From Syntrophorhabdales bacterium (GTDB taxonomy: Bacteria > Desulfobacterota > Syntrophorhabdia > Syntrophorhabdales > WCHB1-27), in contig JBEKOT010000002.1 in assembly GCA_049521495.1 (NCBI GenBank), positions 36,206 through 100,205 on the forward strand: a stretch of 64,000 bases of DNA, in the 5' to 3' direction. Under the pieces are notes generated by a model, which was given only the letters and a program-made list of their open reading frames with translations, ran no database searches and was not told the DNA's origin. Every line of letters begins with the position of its first letter. Within the stretch, counting starts at the first letter, position 1. Both the position numbers and the translations under genes were made by a program. This document shows, piece by piece, positions 1 to 10,207 of the stretch.

Positions 1-1
1 G

Positions 2-1603
2 ATTCCGGTCGCCCTGAAAACAGTCCACTTTCATGCCTTCGATGATTGGAGAGAAGTTCTCCAGGGTTTCATAAGGGAAGCGAAAATCTGGATTCAGCTC
101 GGCCAAAGGCGAAACCTTGTCAGTGTCTATCGGATAGTGAATGTTGAAACCGACCAAGGCCTTTGCCCGTTGGTCGTGACCGAGTTGGTGAAAGGACACC
201 CGGAGTTCGGGACTTCACTCGCCGGATGGATTCGGCATTCCGGCCTTGACATGCAACTGATAGTGCTCTTCTCCTTTGAAATCTGCATAGGCATGATGGA
301 GGCTCAAAAAGCAATACGGGAGAGTGGGAGGGGCACGGACCTGATCCATTGCGACCTCAATCCGGAGAACATACTCATCAGCGCTGAAGGCGACGTAAAG
401 ATAGCGGACTTCGGCATGGCGAGGATTTTCGGTCCCTCCGGGGTCCTCACTTTCCCGTTGCTGAGCTCAGCTAGGTTCAATACCTTCGGCTGCACAAATG
501 CACGCTGGGGCACACCGCCCTATATGTCTCCAGAGCAATGTTCGGGGGACTCTCTTACCATCCGGTCCGACATTTACTCTTTCGGGTGCACCCTTTATGA
601 AATGTGCACCGGCAGGCATATATTTGATGCTGCTTCCTCTGAAGAGTTTATTGACAGGCATGTCCATAAGCCCCACATTCCCGTTCTTGCGAGAAACTCG
701 AAAATCCCCCGAGGCGTCGCATCTCTTATCGAGCACTGTCTTCAAAAGGATCCTTTGAAACGTCCGTCCGATTTTTCGGCCGTCAAAGACCTGATCGATA
801 AGCTGATTACCGAAGCTCATTACCCCTTACTTATTTTTGATCTGTGCGGTTTTTCCGGCCTCTCTAATGAACCGCGAGTCAAGAAAAGCTGGGATGTCTC
901 ACGGGAGACTGAGATTTGGCTTCTCGATGCGATACGTGGTCCCGACTATGTGGTGAAACAGGGGCTCGCGCGTGATGTTGAGGAAGTTGCAGCCGTCGTT
1001 GACAACATCCGCAACAGGAAAGACGGCGAGAATGCGGAAGAGGTGAAAGAAAAACGCCTGAAGAAAGCTTATGAGAGTCTCCTAGTCGGGGATTCCTTTT
1101 TCAAACTGTCTGAAACCGAGGAATCAATGGAGCCGGGACGGCAGGAGGAGCTGCTGCGGCTGGCTCTGTCCCAATATGTCATGGCCCAGGAGATCGCACC
1201 AGGTGATCCACGAACAGGTTTCAGGCTCGGAATGACCTACAACATGCTTGCGCACTTAGTCAGGGAGGAGAAGCGCCAGCTGAGTGATGGCTTTCTTGCC
1301 CTCGCCCGGCAAGAATATACGGACATCATCGAATCGAACATTGCTCCTTTCGGCGATGAAATTGGAAACACCTATTACTTTTCCCCATATCATGTCTGGT
1401 ATCATAGGGCAGCGACCTATTTTACTGAGGACAATGTGACGAAGGCGGCCGAGGAGTGGCGCTCTTTGCTCTGCCTGATTGACCGGGATTTTAACACAGC
1501 TTTACCAAATTGGCAAAAAGTCTTGCGTCTGATTAAACGGGACGTTGAGCACGTGCTTGAAGTCGCTAAAGAGTGTCTGCCTACTCCTGATGAAAATGAA
1601 TGA
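2..1603 (+). CDS. Hanks-type Ser/Thr protein kinase, 5' end cut by window edge, with long helical (TPR-like) C-terminal region
   Basis: Frame of ORF 137..1603 stays open back to nt 2 (IPVALKTVHF...). Kinase motifs VALK, HCDLNPENILI, DFG, GTPPYMSPEQ, SDIYSFG. Confidence 0.85.
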   Translation: MPVALKTVHFHAFDDWREVLQGFIREAKIWIQLGQRRNLVSVYRIVNVETDQGLCPLVVTELVKGHPEFGTSLAGWIRHSGLDMQLIVLFSFEICIGMMEAQKAIRESGRGTDLIHCDLNPENILISAEGDVKIADFGMARIFGPSGVLTFPLLSSARFNTFGCTNARWGTPPYMSPEQCSGDSLTIRSDIYSFGCTLYEMCTGRHIFDAASSEEFIDRHVHKPHIPVLARNSKIPRGVASLIEHCLQKDPLKRPSDFSAVKDLIDKLITEAHYPLLIFDLCGFSGLSNEPRVKKSWDVSRETEIWLLDAIRGPDYVVKQGLARDVEEVAAVVDNIRNRKDGENAEEVKEKRLKKAYESLLVGDSFFKLSETEESMEPGRQEELLRLALSQYVMAQEIAPGDPRTGFRLGMTYNMLAHLVREEKRQLSDGFLALARQEYTDIIESNIAPFGDEIGNTYYFSPYHVWYHRAATYFTEDNVTKAAEEWRSLLCLIDRDFNTALPNWQKVLRLIKRDVEHVLEVAKECLPTPDENE

Positions 1604-1633
1604 CGAAGGCCTTTTGTGTTGAAAGAAACCTGC

Positions 1634-1708
1634 ATGAAAGCCCACGCACCCTTCTTTTTCAAACAGCGGGGGGGGCGAACAAGGAGACTTGAAGGGGATG
1701 GCCTGTAA
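1634..1708 (+). pseudogene. possible remnant of a DUF5131 (phage Gp37/Gp68-like) gene C-terminus
   Basis: 24-codon ORF MKAHAPFFFKQRGGRTRRLEGDGL. PFFFKQ(W/R)GG resembles the conserved C-terminal motif I recall for that family. The rest of the gene is absent. Confidence 0.2.
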
Positions 1709-2062
1709 AACCACCCCTCCGGACCCTCCGAAGTCTCGCCCTGGAGGCGCTGAGGGGACGCAGGGCCCTCCATCCCGCCTCGCCGGACGCCCTCACGCGC
1801 CCCAGGAAGAGGGGCAGGGCCCCGTTTCCGGCTGCCATCGACTTGGGGGCCGATCCTTTACCCCTTCGAGGCAGAGAAACGAACTCTAAACGTCCCTAAA
1901 ATCCTCTTTTCGGGGAGGGGGTGCCACTACTACCCTCTGAGGTCCACCGGGACGCCTGCAGCACACGCTACGCTGTGCGCTATAGGGACAAAAGGCTGGA
2001 CTATCGATGGAAGACCTTGCAATTTTTTCAAGAGGATAGGAGACTGTGATAGGGGTGTTGAG

Positions 2063-2677
2063 ATGTACGGCAGGGCAGCAAAGCAAAGGCGCAGGGATAG
2101 GCCCAAAGTTCAAGACCGTATCTTTTATGTTCACCACTGCAGCAGTTGCCCCTTTCTCTACGTGGACTCAACGTGGCCAGAAAGAAAATACGTAATTTAC
2201 GGATGCAGGCTGATTCCTATGGCCGGAGGTGTTAGAAAAACCACTAAGGAAAATGAGGAGAGACAATTAAGGATAAGAGAAATGTTTCGAAACGACACTT
2301 GGGTCTCTCAAACCTGGATTCCCGATTATTGCCCCTTGCGTCAGCCTGGGCACGGCGCCATTACCGTTATGTATGCCGAATCCGGCGATCATCAGCTGAT
2401 CGCGGATAAAGTGAGAATCGAGGATCATTATTGCTCCATGGCCAGGGAGGAAGAGGAGGCTAGGCTTCGGGTAGAAGCAAGGAAGCGGGAAATAGAAGAA
2501 AGAAAGCAGAAGAAGGAGGCTGGGCAACGGGAACGGGAAGAGGCCAGGCGCAGGAAGGAGGCTGAATCGATAGAAAGAGAAAACGTCAGGCGCCAGAAAA
2601 AGGCCGAAGCAGCAGACAGACAGACGGCACGCAGAAAAGAAAAAGAGGAGAGCGATAAAAAGGGATCACCCTCCTAA
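2063..2677 (+). CDS. hypothetical protein with Cys-containing N-terminal part and E/K/R-rich charged C-terminal tail
   Basis: ORF only. The last ~85 aa are almost entirely E/K/R/A (REEEEARLRVEARKREIEERKQKKEAG...). No family recognised and the start is uncertain. Confidence 0.4.
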   Translation: MYGRAAKQRRRDRPKVQDRIFYVHHCSSCPFLYVDSTWPERKYVIYGCRLIPMAGGVRKTTKENEERQLRIREMFRNDTWVSQTWIPDYCPLRQPGHGAITVMYAESGDHQLIADKVRIEDHYCSMAREEEEARLRVEARKREIEERKQKKEAGQREREEARRRKEAESIERENVRRQKKAEAADRQTARRKEKEESDKKGSPS

Positions 2678-2803
2678 AAGCATGTATTCTCGCGTGATCC
2701 TCCCCTATTGAAGGGTGCTTCACGTCCCCCCCGTAGACTCACGGGAAAAGGCAGTAAGGGCGTCGATTGTGCGAGATTATAAGGCAGCGGAGGACGGCTA
2801 AGA

Positions 2804-3109
2804 CTACTTGAGAAGTATGATTCTTCCCGGTCGTAATTTGTTTAATAACGCTGCGTCGCGTTGAACCTCGTCTTTGACCAACGCGATTACCTTGACACTA
2901 TGTTTATGGCCTATTTTCCGAATGTGCTCTTCGACCACTTGAACAGATAGGTCCCCTTGGGAAACGCCCAATCTTTTCGCAAGATCAACATTCAAATCAG
3001 CGGAGTATCCAAAAAATGGATGTGATATATCGATTACTGTGCCTATAAAAACACGGGGGTTTTCTTCGAGGTCTTCTAATATTGAATCACTGAAGGCGAA
3101 GTCTATCAC
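2804..3109 (-). CDS. hypothetical small protein, co-transcribed downstream of argB
   Basis: Starts directly after the argB stop on the same strand. No family recognised. Confidence 0.45.
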   Translation of the reverse strand: MIDFAFSDSILEDLEENPRVFIGTVIDISHPFFGYSADLNVDLAKRLGVSQGDLSVQVVEEHIRKIGHKHSVKVIALVKDEVQRDAALLNKLRPGRIILLK

Positions 3110-4027
3110 TCAGGCGGTTTGGTGGCTTACTTGAATAGTCTGATCTGAAACAAATTCAGTCCCAACGCCCTCGTCGGTTAAAATCTCATCAATGAACGAA
3201 TGTACGCTACCTTTCACTATATGGCATTTCTTGGCGCCGCCTTTTAGGGCGTCGAGGCACGTCTGGACCTTAGGTATCATACCCCCGTAAATGACATTCC
3301 TTTTTATCAGCTCTTCAACCTGGCTTACGGTCAAACTTGAGATGAGATTCCCGTTTTCGTCCAACACTCCGTCCACATCGGTCATGAAAATGACCTTCTC
3401 TGCCCCGATCTTGGACGCAATGATCCCGGCAACGTCATCCGCATTCACGTTGAAACCAACATCGTCCGGTTTTGTCCCCGCTGTTACGGCCGAGACTATT
3501 GGGATAACGTCATCCGCAAGACCGTTCAAAAGCGAAACGTCAACTTCCTTGGGTATGCCGACGAAGCCCAATCCCAGCGATACGTCAGTTTGCTCCGACT
3601 TTACAAGCCCCGATTGACGCCCAAAAACTACGGATTTATACCCATGCTTCGCAATTTCCTTCTTTATTGCTTGGCTGATTTTTGCAAAGACGACGGCGGC
3701 AATCTCAAGTACCTCTCTGGATGTAACCCGTAGGCCGTCAACTGACTCTACCTGTAGGTTGTGCCTCGCCATCTCTTCGTTGAGTTGTCGGGAACCACCA
3801 TGAACAAGAATTACGCTGATGCCGACCTTTTTCAGAAATACTACGTCCTCAATGAGCGATGGCAAAAGACTCAAATCATTTAAGACAGAGCCGCCGATTT
3901 TCAGCACAAAACGCTTACCAGAAAATGCGTTTATGTACGGAATTGCTTCCCTTAGCCTGGGTCCGGAAAGATCGTGTTTTTTAACCAGTTCTCTAGCGGT
4001 CTTTATGAGAGAGAGTTGTGTGGTCAC
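3110..4027 (-). CDS. argB: N-acetylglutamate kinase
   Basis: 305 aa amino-acid-kinase fold. Motifs FVLKIGGSV, VILVHGGSRQ, GFNVNADDVAG; length typical of ArgB. Confidence 0.9.
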   Translation of the reverse strand: MTTQLSLIKTARELVKKHDLSGPRLREAIPYINAFSGKRFVLKIGGSVLNDLSLLPSLIEDVVFLKKVGISVILVHGGSRQLNEEMARHNLQVESVDGLRVTSREVLEIAAVVFAKISQAIKKEIAKHGYKSVVFGRQSGLVKSEQTDVSLGLGFVGIPKEVDVSLLNGLADDVIPIVSAVTAGTKPDDVGFNVNADDVAGIIASKIGAEKVIFMTDVDGVLDENGNLISSLTVSQVEELIKRNVIYGGMIPKVQTCLDALKGGAKKCHIVKGSVHSFIDEILTDEGVGTEFVSDQTIQVSHQTA

Positions 4028-4674
4028 TTATCCCCTATCCCGGTTTCGTCATTACCTGGAGAGACGCCGGCAATCTCCATGGTTTTAAAATCGATCCTGC
4101 GCACAGGGTATAATAAATAGTAAAAATTGTCAAGCATTTTTGTGTTAAAAATCACAAACACTCCTATTGGGGCGGTTATTCAAGGGCTTCATTTCCCAGA
4201 AGTCCTTGAACTTTGTATACAATCGGCATCTCGAACAGTATTATCGCTGATTAAGTGTAATCCTTAAGTAAGCATTTTTCACGTAGAGTCAAGGAGGCAG
4301 CCTGTCAGAGACCGTAAAATTACGCTAGCTCGAAACATGAAACGAACTATTTTCAAGGTTTAAAGACAGTTGTCGTCTTGACCGTCTAGCTATTTGTGAC
4401 ACTGGGCCAGCGGCCTTTCCGTATCCTGTGCCTTTGCTACATCCTGAATGCCTTTAAGTGTGAGCTGCGGGCTGAAATAAATGGTCGGTGGGAAGTCATG
4501 TCAAGGGGTGAGAAACCGTTGCGATAGCCGGGGGCTCCTTTGCCGTCCACGCCTCCTCTCTCCTCCCCCACTACGGCCCTGCCGGTGGCACGCTGGAGCG
4601 CCCTGAAGGCGATAGAAGGACCGGCAGAGGGAAGTTTATAGCACTCCGCTGAGAAGCACGATCCGGGGGGCAGC

Positions 4675-4857
4675 CTATGCGGTCGTTTCCGAGGTTTTCA
4701 GGAAGCGGTCTATCTCGTCTTTCCGAACGTAGACAATCCGGCGTGATAGCTTAACAGCTGTGAGTTTTCCGTCTTTGATCCATCGCCAAAGGGTGACCTT
4801 CGAAATGCCTAATTTGTCGGCCGCTTCCTGGAGAGTTAGAAGGCTTTCATCTACCAT
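4675..4857 (-). CDS. excisionase-type (MerR-superfamily) helix-turn-helix DNA-binding protein
   Basis: 60 aa; LLTLQEAADKLGISKVTLWRWIKDGKLTAVKL... is the typical Xis/AlpA-like HTH. Divergent from the serine recombinase gene. Confidence 0.8.
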   Translation of the reverse strand: MVDESLLTLQEAADKLGISKVTLWRWIKDGKLTAVKLSRRIVYVRKDEIDRFLKTSETTA

Positions 4858-4987
4858 CTTTAAAAGATAAAAGATTTCAATACCCTTGTCAACATTTCAA
4901 TCAATTACATATTTCTCTTGACAGCCATCTTAGGATATTGTAACTTAATGAAAGCCAATGAAAGTAAAAAGGCCAGGGTAAACAGAC

Positions 4988-5728
4988 ATGGCGAAGGCCG
5001 TCGGCTACATCCGAGTCTCCACCGAAGAGCAGGCCCGGGAGGGCGTGAGCCTCGACAACCAGAAGGCGAGGATCGAGCAGTACTGCGCCTATCGAAGTTT
5101 CTCCTTGTCTGATATCATTGCCGACGCCGGCATCTCGGGAGGGAAGAACAAGACAAGGCCCGGGTTCATCGAGCTTCTCGATAGGGTCGAGGCCGGACAG
5201 GCCGACGTCATTGTCCTCTACTCTCTTGAACGGCTCTCCCGTGACATGCTCACCTTGCTTGCCATCGAACGGCTGTTTAATGAGAAGGGTATCGAGCTCC
5301 ACACTGTCGAGGGGCAGGTTGATACAAGCTCCCCCGACGGATGGCTGAACTTTGCCATGAAGGCCTTCCTGGGCGAGATGGAAAGACGACAGGTAAGGTA
5401 CCGGACAAAGCGGGCCATGGAGTTCAAGAAGAACCAGGGCGCCATTGTCGGTTCCATACCATACGGGTACAGGAGAAACGGTCACACCCTGGAGGAGAAC
5501 CCCCAAGAGCAGGTCGTGATCCGTGCGGTGAATGACCTCTACAGGGACTCTTCACGGCTCGTCGACGTGTGCAGGTTCCTCAAGGAAGCAAACATCAAGG
5601 CACGGAACGGGAAGAGCTTCACCCCGCAGCAGGTGAAGCGCCTCATACACGGCTATCAAAACTCCTTCGCCAAAGGACACGGTAAGCTTGGCCGCCACAT
5701 CAGGCGGTTCATCGAGGCCGTTGCATAA
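4988..5728 (+). CDS. serine recombinase (resolvase/invertase catalytic domain plus short recombinase-type domain)
   Basis: N-terminus AVGYIRVSTEEQ (catalytic Ser), VIVLYSLERLSRD; C-terminal IPYGYRR... recombinase-domain-like segment. Only 246 aa, so no zinc-ribbon/coiled-coil typical of large serine integrases. Confidence 0.9.
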   Translation: MAKAVGYIRVSTEEQAREGVSLDNQKARIEQYCAYRSFSLSDIIADAGISGGKNKTRPGFIELLDRVEAGQADVIVLYSLERLSRDMLTLLAIERLFNEKGIELHTVEGQVDTSSPDGWLNFAMKAFLGEMERRQVRYRTKRAMEFKKNQGAIVGSIPYGYRRNGHTLEENPQEQVVIRAVNDLYRDSSRLVDVCRFLKEANIKARNGKSFTPQQVKRLIHGYQNSFAKGHGKLGRHIRRFIEAVA

Positions 5729-6231
5729 AACACGCATTTGTTCTGACTGACATTACGCCGACAGTGCTGTAACATATGAGGAACAGAGCGTCTTCAAAAC
5801 TGACTGACCAAAGGGGGAAAGTATGGAGAGCGGTGGAGAGAAGATCACCTGGTTCGGCCAGAAGATAACAACGTCTTCCCATGTCCCCTTAAAATCGGTC
5901 GCAGGCCGGCTCCCCCAATTCATACGCGAGCCTTTCGGGAGTAATGATTATTTGGATGTCATCCTCAGCTGCTGCACGAACCTGCCACATCGTGCGTACG
6001 GGGTTCGACGGCGCCATAGAGGATCCCTTTGAGAAAGCCCTTCCCCATCAGAGGAAGGTAAAGAACGATGTTGAAGTACCAGGGTCCTGTGCGCCGGTCA
6101 GGGACGTGTTTCATTTGAGCCAGGTTCTGAGCTGGATCGCCAGCCATAGGAACACCATTGAGGACAGGCTCGTCAAGACCAGAGAGGTCTACGATCTTGT
6201 CAGCCCTCTCGTCAACTGACACTCACCGAGG

Positions 6232-6263
6232 GAGAATAACAAGGGGAGCCCCTTGTTATTCTC
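6232..6263. repeat. perfect palindrome GAGAATAACAAGGGG-AG-CCCCTTGTTATTCTC (copy 1 of 2)
   Basis: 15-nt arms read directly from the sequence. The core AATAACAAGGGG-NN-CCCCTTGTTATT recurs at 49542..49567. Confidence 0.9.
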
Positions 6264-6832
6264 TCAGCGAGGCAAAGGCTCTAAGCCTCGAGCGTCCACT
6301 CCGATTTCGTTTGTCGCTTTCTTCCTAAAATGTTGCGCCGAGGACTTCAACTGAGAGTACAATCTTTCATGTGGCAATCTTACCTTTGGCTACGACAATT
6401 CTGTTCTTCCTTCTAAGAGCTTACTGCAGGGTTCCGAGAAACCTTTGCCGAAAGACCCAGACCTAAGTCCCAATTGATTCTTGGACTTGGCAGTATTAGT
6501 GTTCATTTTGTGCAGTAATTCGGTGCGACGTGTCGGCACTCACACAATGGGATAGCTTTTACGTAATCGTAGGCTCTGCTGCAGGTGCCTTGATCGGATT
6601 GAAGTTCGTCGTTGTAATGCTCGTTGCCGAAAGACCGGCACTTCGTACGGCTATGGCCGGCGACGCGCGCCCGGGTGCGAAGTGATATGAAAGTTCCTCG
6701 CAAGATCTCTTATCCTGCCTGAACACTGCGACGGATCGCGTATCTCCTTGAGGAAATCTATGCCAAGAGACAGCGCATCAGCCACCCTCTTGCCGGTCGG
6801 CTTTTCCAGCGGCACCACGTGGTCGTCGGTCA

Positions 6833-7204
6833 TTATAATGACACCACGTAGATGTCATAGGGGTAAGGGTTGGGTATGAGCGTCGCCTCTCCCCTCGTCA
6901 GTCTGCCCTCCGGAAGCACGCGGTCCACGAACCGAGGGGTTGACTTTCCTCTCATCTCAAGGCAGAAAGGACACTGCCCCTTAATCTCGGGTCGTTCATA
7001 ATCGTGAAGGAAAAGCCGCTGCGGCCTGATCGCATTGAAGTGCGAGAGATGGCCAGACTTTCCCGTAAGAGGGTCGATTCTTACTTGAAACTCTTCAGTG
7101 TTCTCCGCGAACGCTTTCCGAGGGTCAAGAAATGTGCTGCGGCAATTGACAACTTCGAACTTCACAAGCGTCATGTCTGGCCTGTCTACTTGTGAATTCG
7201 TCAC
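6833..7204 (-). pseudogene. N-terminal fragment of a GalT-like (HIT-superfamily, galactose-1-phosphate uridylyltransferase-like) gene
   Basis: 123 aa with the Zn-knuckle-like QCPFCLEMRG and LIPNPYPY, then a premature stop. The catalytic HxHxQ half is missing and the surrounding 5.7-7.2 kb holds only short broken ORFs. Confidence 0.4.
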
Positions 7205-7361
7205 AACTGTTCGGCCTGCATCACAAAGATCGTATACTTTTCCCGCTGCGTGATATCAGCCGGCCTCAGCCAATGGCCACATCTGTCGTCGAAATAGAGA
7301 GTTGTATGCCCACACCAACTTCCGGGATTTCCGCCACCAGACATCCCTTTGCCTCTCTGCC

Positions 7362-8309
7362 TCACTTGCTCCAGCTCGTTATTATTTGTTCTGCCATCGT
7401 ATAGGGATCGACATGCCTTGCCACCAAATCCGCGAGAATCCTGTCCCATAAATGTTCCCGTTCAATTCTTTCCATCACCTGCTCAGTTATCCTTCCTTCG
7501 AGTATTTTGACGAAAGTTGTTTTCATTCGTTCCTTAACCTTTTGATCAAAACAGCCGCCTTGGAGCAACGCCTCCCTATGGCGATAAACCGCTGACACCA
7601 CTTCCGCAACCCCTTTTCCTGAAATCGCCTCCGTCTTCAAAATGGGAGGAGCCCAGTTATCGTATCTTGCACCTGCGATCTCCAAGGCCAGCCTCAGGTC
7701 CTCTTCCATCTTCCCGGTACCTTCTCGTTCGCACTTGTTGATCACAAAAATATCTCCAATTTCGATAATGCCTGCCTTCATAGCCTGGATCTCGTCTCCC
7801 ATTCCGGGAACTAGTACGACGACGGAGGTGTTTGCTAGATGTGCGACGTCGACCTCGTCCTGACCTACTCCCACCGTCTCGACGAGAATGACATCCTTAC
7901 CCATGGCATCCATGATATTGATGATGTCGTATGTCGCTCTCGATAGCCCTCCCAGGTACCCGCGGGTGGCCAAAGAGCGTATGAAAACACCCTCATCGGT
8001 AGCGTGGCGCTGCATCCGAATTCTGTCGCCTAGAAAGGCGCCTCCCGAGAACGGACTGGAAGGATCTATAGCAACAGCACCGACGGTCTTGCCTTCCTTA
8101 CGAAGCAAATCGATCACCGTATCAACCAATGTCGACTTGCCTGCTCCGGGTGCTCCCGTAATTCCTACCACATACGCCTTCCCTGTATAACGGTACAACT
8201 GCTTTAGAGTTTCGAGTGCCTCGGGTATTCGATCTTCCACATCTCTCATTAATCGGGATGCGGTAAGAATATCCCCGGCTATAACACGGTCAATGGCGTT
8301 CATTGACAC
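7362..8309 (-). CDS. meaB: methylmalonyl-CoA-mutase-associated G-protein chaperone (MeaB/ArgK family)
   Basis: 315 aa; P-loop GITGAPGAGKSTL, DPSSPFSGGAFLGDRIRM, VETVGVGQ, NKCE (NKxD-like). Confidence 0.9.
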   Translation of the reverse strand: MSMNAIDRVIAGDILTASRLMRDVEDRIPEALETLKQLYRYTGKAYVVGITGAPGAGKSTLVDTVIDLLRKEGKTVGAVAIDPSSPFSGGAFLGDRIRMQRHATDEGVFIRSLATRGYLGGLSRATYDIINIMDAMGKDVILVETVGVGQDEVDVAHLANTSVVVLVPGMGDEIQAMKAGIIEIGDIFVINKCEREGTGKMEEDLRLALEIAGARYDNWAPPILKTEAISGKGVAEVVSAVYRHREALLQGGCFDQKVKERMKTTFVKILEGRITEQVMERIEREHLWDRILADLVARHVDPYTMAEQIITSWSK

Positions 8310-8532
8310 AAAGTATCATTATTTTATACACAGAGGCAATAAAAAAATATTCACATCTGAAATTTATGTTGACAAAACCAATGTAACCATATTATCATCG
8401 TTTGTTAGCTACAAAATGGCTATAAAAGAGAAAACAAAGCTAAGCCAGTGACACTATTTATCATACATGGATAATATATTAAGGGTACAGAGTACCATAT
8501 TTTAATATAAAAGACCCGAAGAGGAGGTAATT

Positions 8533-10161
8533 ATGGAGGAATTTTCTACTGCAAGATTTGAGGTTGAATTCAAGAACAGGACAGTCCCTTACCTGGTGCA
8601 GGCGAGAGCCAAGGAGTTGGGAGACAAGGTATTCTTCATGTTTGAGAAGCAGAAAGTCACGTACAAGGAACTCGATGCGAACGTGAACCGTGTTGCCAAC
8701 TCGCTTACCAAAATGGGGTTGAAGAAGGGCGACAAGGTATGCTTTATGATGAAGAATTCAATCGAATTCATTTACTCCTGGTTTGCACTGGGTAAGCTCG
8801 GTATCGTGATGGTGCCGATGAATCCGACGCTGCGGGGGAATCTTCTTCAGTACATCATTCACAATTCTGACGCAACCCTCGCCTTTGTCGACAATGATCT
8901 TGTAGATCGTGTTCAGTTCATAGAGGGTTCTATCCCGAAAATCAACGGTGTTGTGGTCGTGCAAGAGAATCCCGAGCACAAGGAATCAGTCAACTTCAAG
9001 CGGATCAAGGTGACGCCATTCGAGGCATTGTTAAAGGGGTCTCCATCCGCTCCGGGAGTCGAGGTGTTTCCCTGGGAGACGATGTCTATTCTCTACACCT
9101 CTGGAACTACCGGTCCTTCAAAAGGGGCTTTGCTCAGCCATCATTACTATTACAATACCGCTTGGTCAGCCCTCTATTACATGCAGCATTCAGAAAACGA
9201 CGTCTTATACTCCTGTCTTCCCTTTTTCCATGCAAACGCGTCGATGTCCTCTATCTACACAACGTTGCTCGTTAAAGCATCTTTTGCGATGGGAAAGAGG
9301 TTCAGCCTGAGAAGCTTCTGGGACGAGATCGATATGTATAAAGCGACTCACACCGATGTGATGGGTTCCATCCTCGTCCTTCTTATGAAGCAGGATCCAA
9401 AGCCCGACGACGCGAAGAACAGTCTAAAAGTAGTTAACTCTGTCCCGCTGATCCCAGACTCTCTTGAATTCGAGAAGAGGTTCGGGGTGAAACTGATAGG
9501 AATGTTCGGGGCGACAGAGACAAGCATATGCATCGCGTCGCCCTTCAATGAAGAGACAAAGCCTGATTCTTGCGGGAAAAGCCTGCCTCAGTACGAATGC
9601 CGCATCTTCGATGACAACGACATCGAGTGCCCGCCTGGTGTACCTGGGGAGATAGTGGTTCGGGGGAATCAGCCATTTATTCAGATGGATGGCTACTACA
9701 ATCTGCCCGACGTCAGCCTCAGAGTTTTCAGGAACCTCTGGTACCACACGGGAGACTATGGCATGCAGGACGAAAAAGGGTACTTCTATTTCGTAGACCG
9801 GAGGAAGGACTCGATCCGAAGGAGAGGCGAGAACATCTCGTCTTTTGAGGTAGAGGAAGTAGTTAATTCTCATCCGGCAGTACTTGAGTCGGCCGCAATC
9901 GCGATCAAAGACAAAGAAATGACCGAGGATGAAGTGAAGATATGCGTGATATTGAAGGAAGGGCAGACCCTGAATCCAGCTGATCTGATCATGTATTGTA
10001 AGGAACGGATGGCTTACTTCATGGTTCCCCGGTATATCGAATTCATGAAGGAGTTTCCCAAGACACCCAATCAGAAAATCGAGAAGTATAAGCTGCGGGA
10101 AGGAGGCATATCTGCAGCGACCTGGGACAGGGAAGCCGCAGGCATCAAGATCACACGATGA
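8533..10161 (+). CDS. AMP-forming acyl-CoA synthetase/ligase
   Basis: 542 aa; YTSGTTGPSKGA (AMP-binding motif), GDYG...DRRKDSIRRRGENIS. SD GAGGAGG upstream. Confidence 0.9.
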   Translation: MEEFSTARFEVEFKNRTVPYLVQARAKELGDKVFFMFEKQKVTYKELDANVNRVANSLTKMGLKKGDKVCFMMKNSIEFIYSWFALGKLGIVMVPMNPTLRGNLLQYIIHNSDATLAFVDNDLVDRVQFIEGSIPKINGVVVVQENPEHKESVNFKRIKVTPFEALLKGSPSAPGVEVFPWETMSILYTSGTTGPSKGALLSHHYYYNTAWSALYYMQHSENDVLYSCLPFFHANASMSSIYTTLLVKASFAMGKRFSLRSFWDEIDMYKATHTDVMGSILVLLMKQDPKPDDAKNSLKVVNSVPLIPDSLEFEKRFGVKLIGMFGATETSICIASPFNEETKPDSCGKSLPQYECRIFDDNDIECPPGVPGEIVVRGNQPFIQMDGYYNLPDVSLRVFRNLWYHTGDYGMQDEKGYFYFVDRRKDSIRRRGENISSFEVEEVVNSHPAVLESAAIAIKDKEMTEDEVKICVILKEGQTLNPADLIMYCKERMAYFMVPRYIEFMKEFPKTPNQKIEKYKLREGGISAATWDREAAGIKITR

Positions 10162-10207
10162 AGTCTAACTCGAACGCCATTCGCCCGAGGCGGGCTGGAG
10201 GGTAATC

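Noticed and set aside
1689-2137. Short ORFs in the GC-rich stretch between the kinase gene and ORF 2063
   Set aside because: They give Pro/Gly/Arg-rich translations, overlap on both strands and have no start-site signals. The region is probably non-coding or degraded DNA; it contains the possible DUF5131 stub.
5823-6222. Three mutually overlapping ORFs (69, 91 and 85 aa) downstream of the serine recombinase
   Set aside because: No family motif appears in any frame and none has a convincing SD, so I cannot decide which, if any, is real. They are treated as debris of the recombinase islet.
8310-8532. Possible cobalamin riboswitch upstream of the B12-mutase operon (contains AAGCCAGTGAC)
   Set aside because: The region is short and very AT-rich, lacks the GC-rich multi-stem core, and has no convincing B12 box. 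It looks like a promoter region (TTGACA at 8369). It would need a covariance-model scan to exclude fully.
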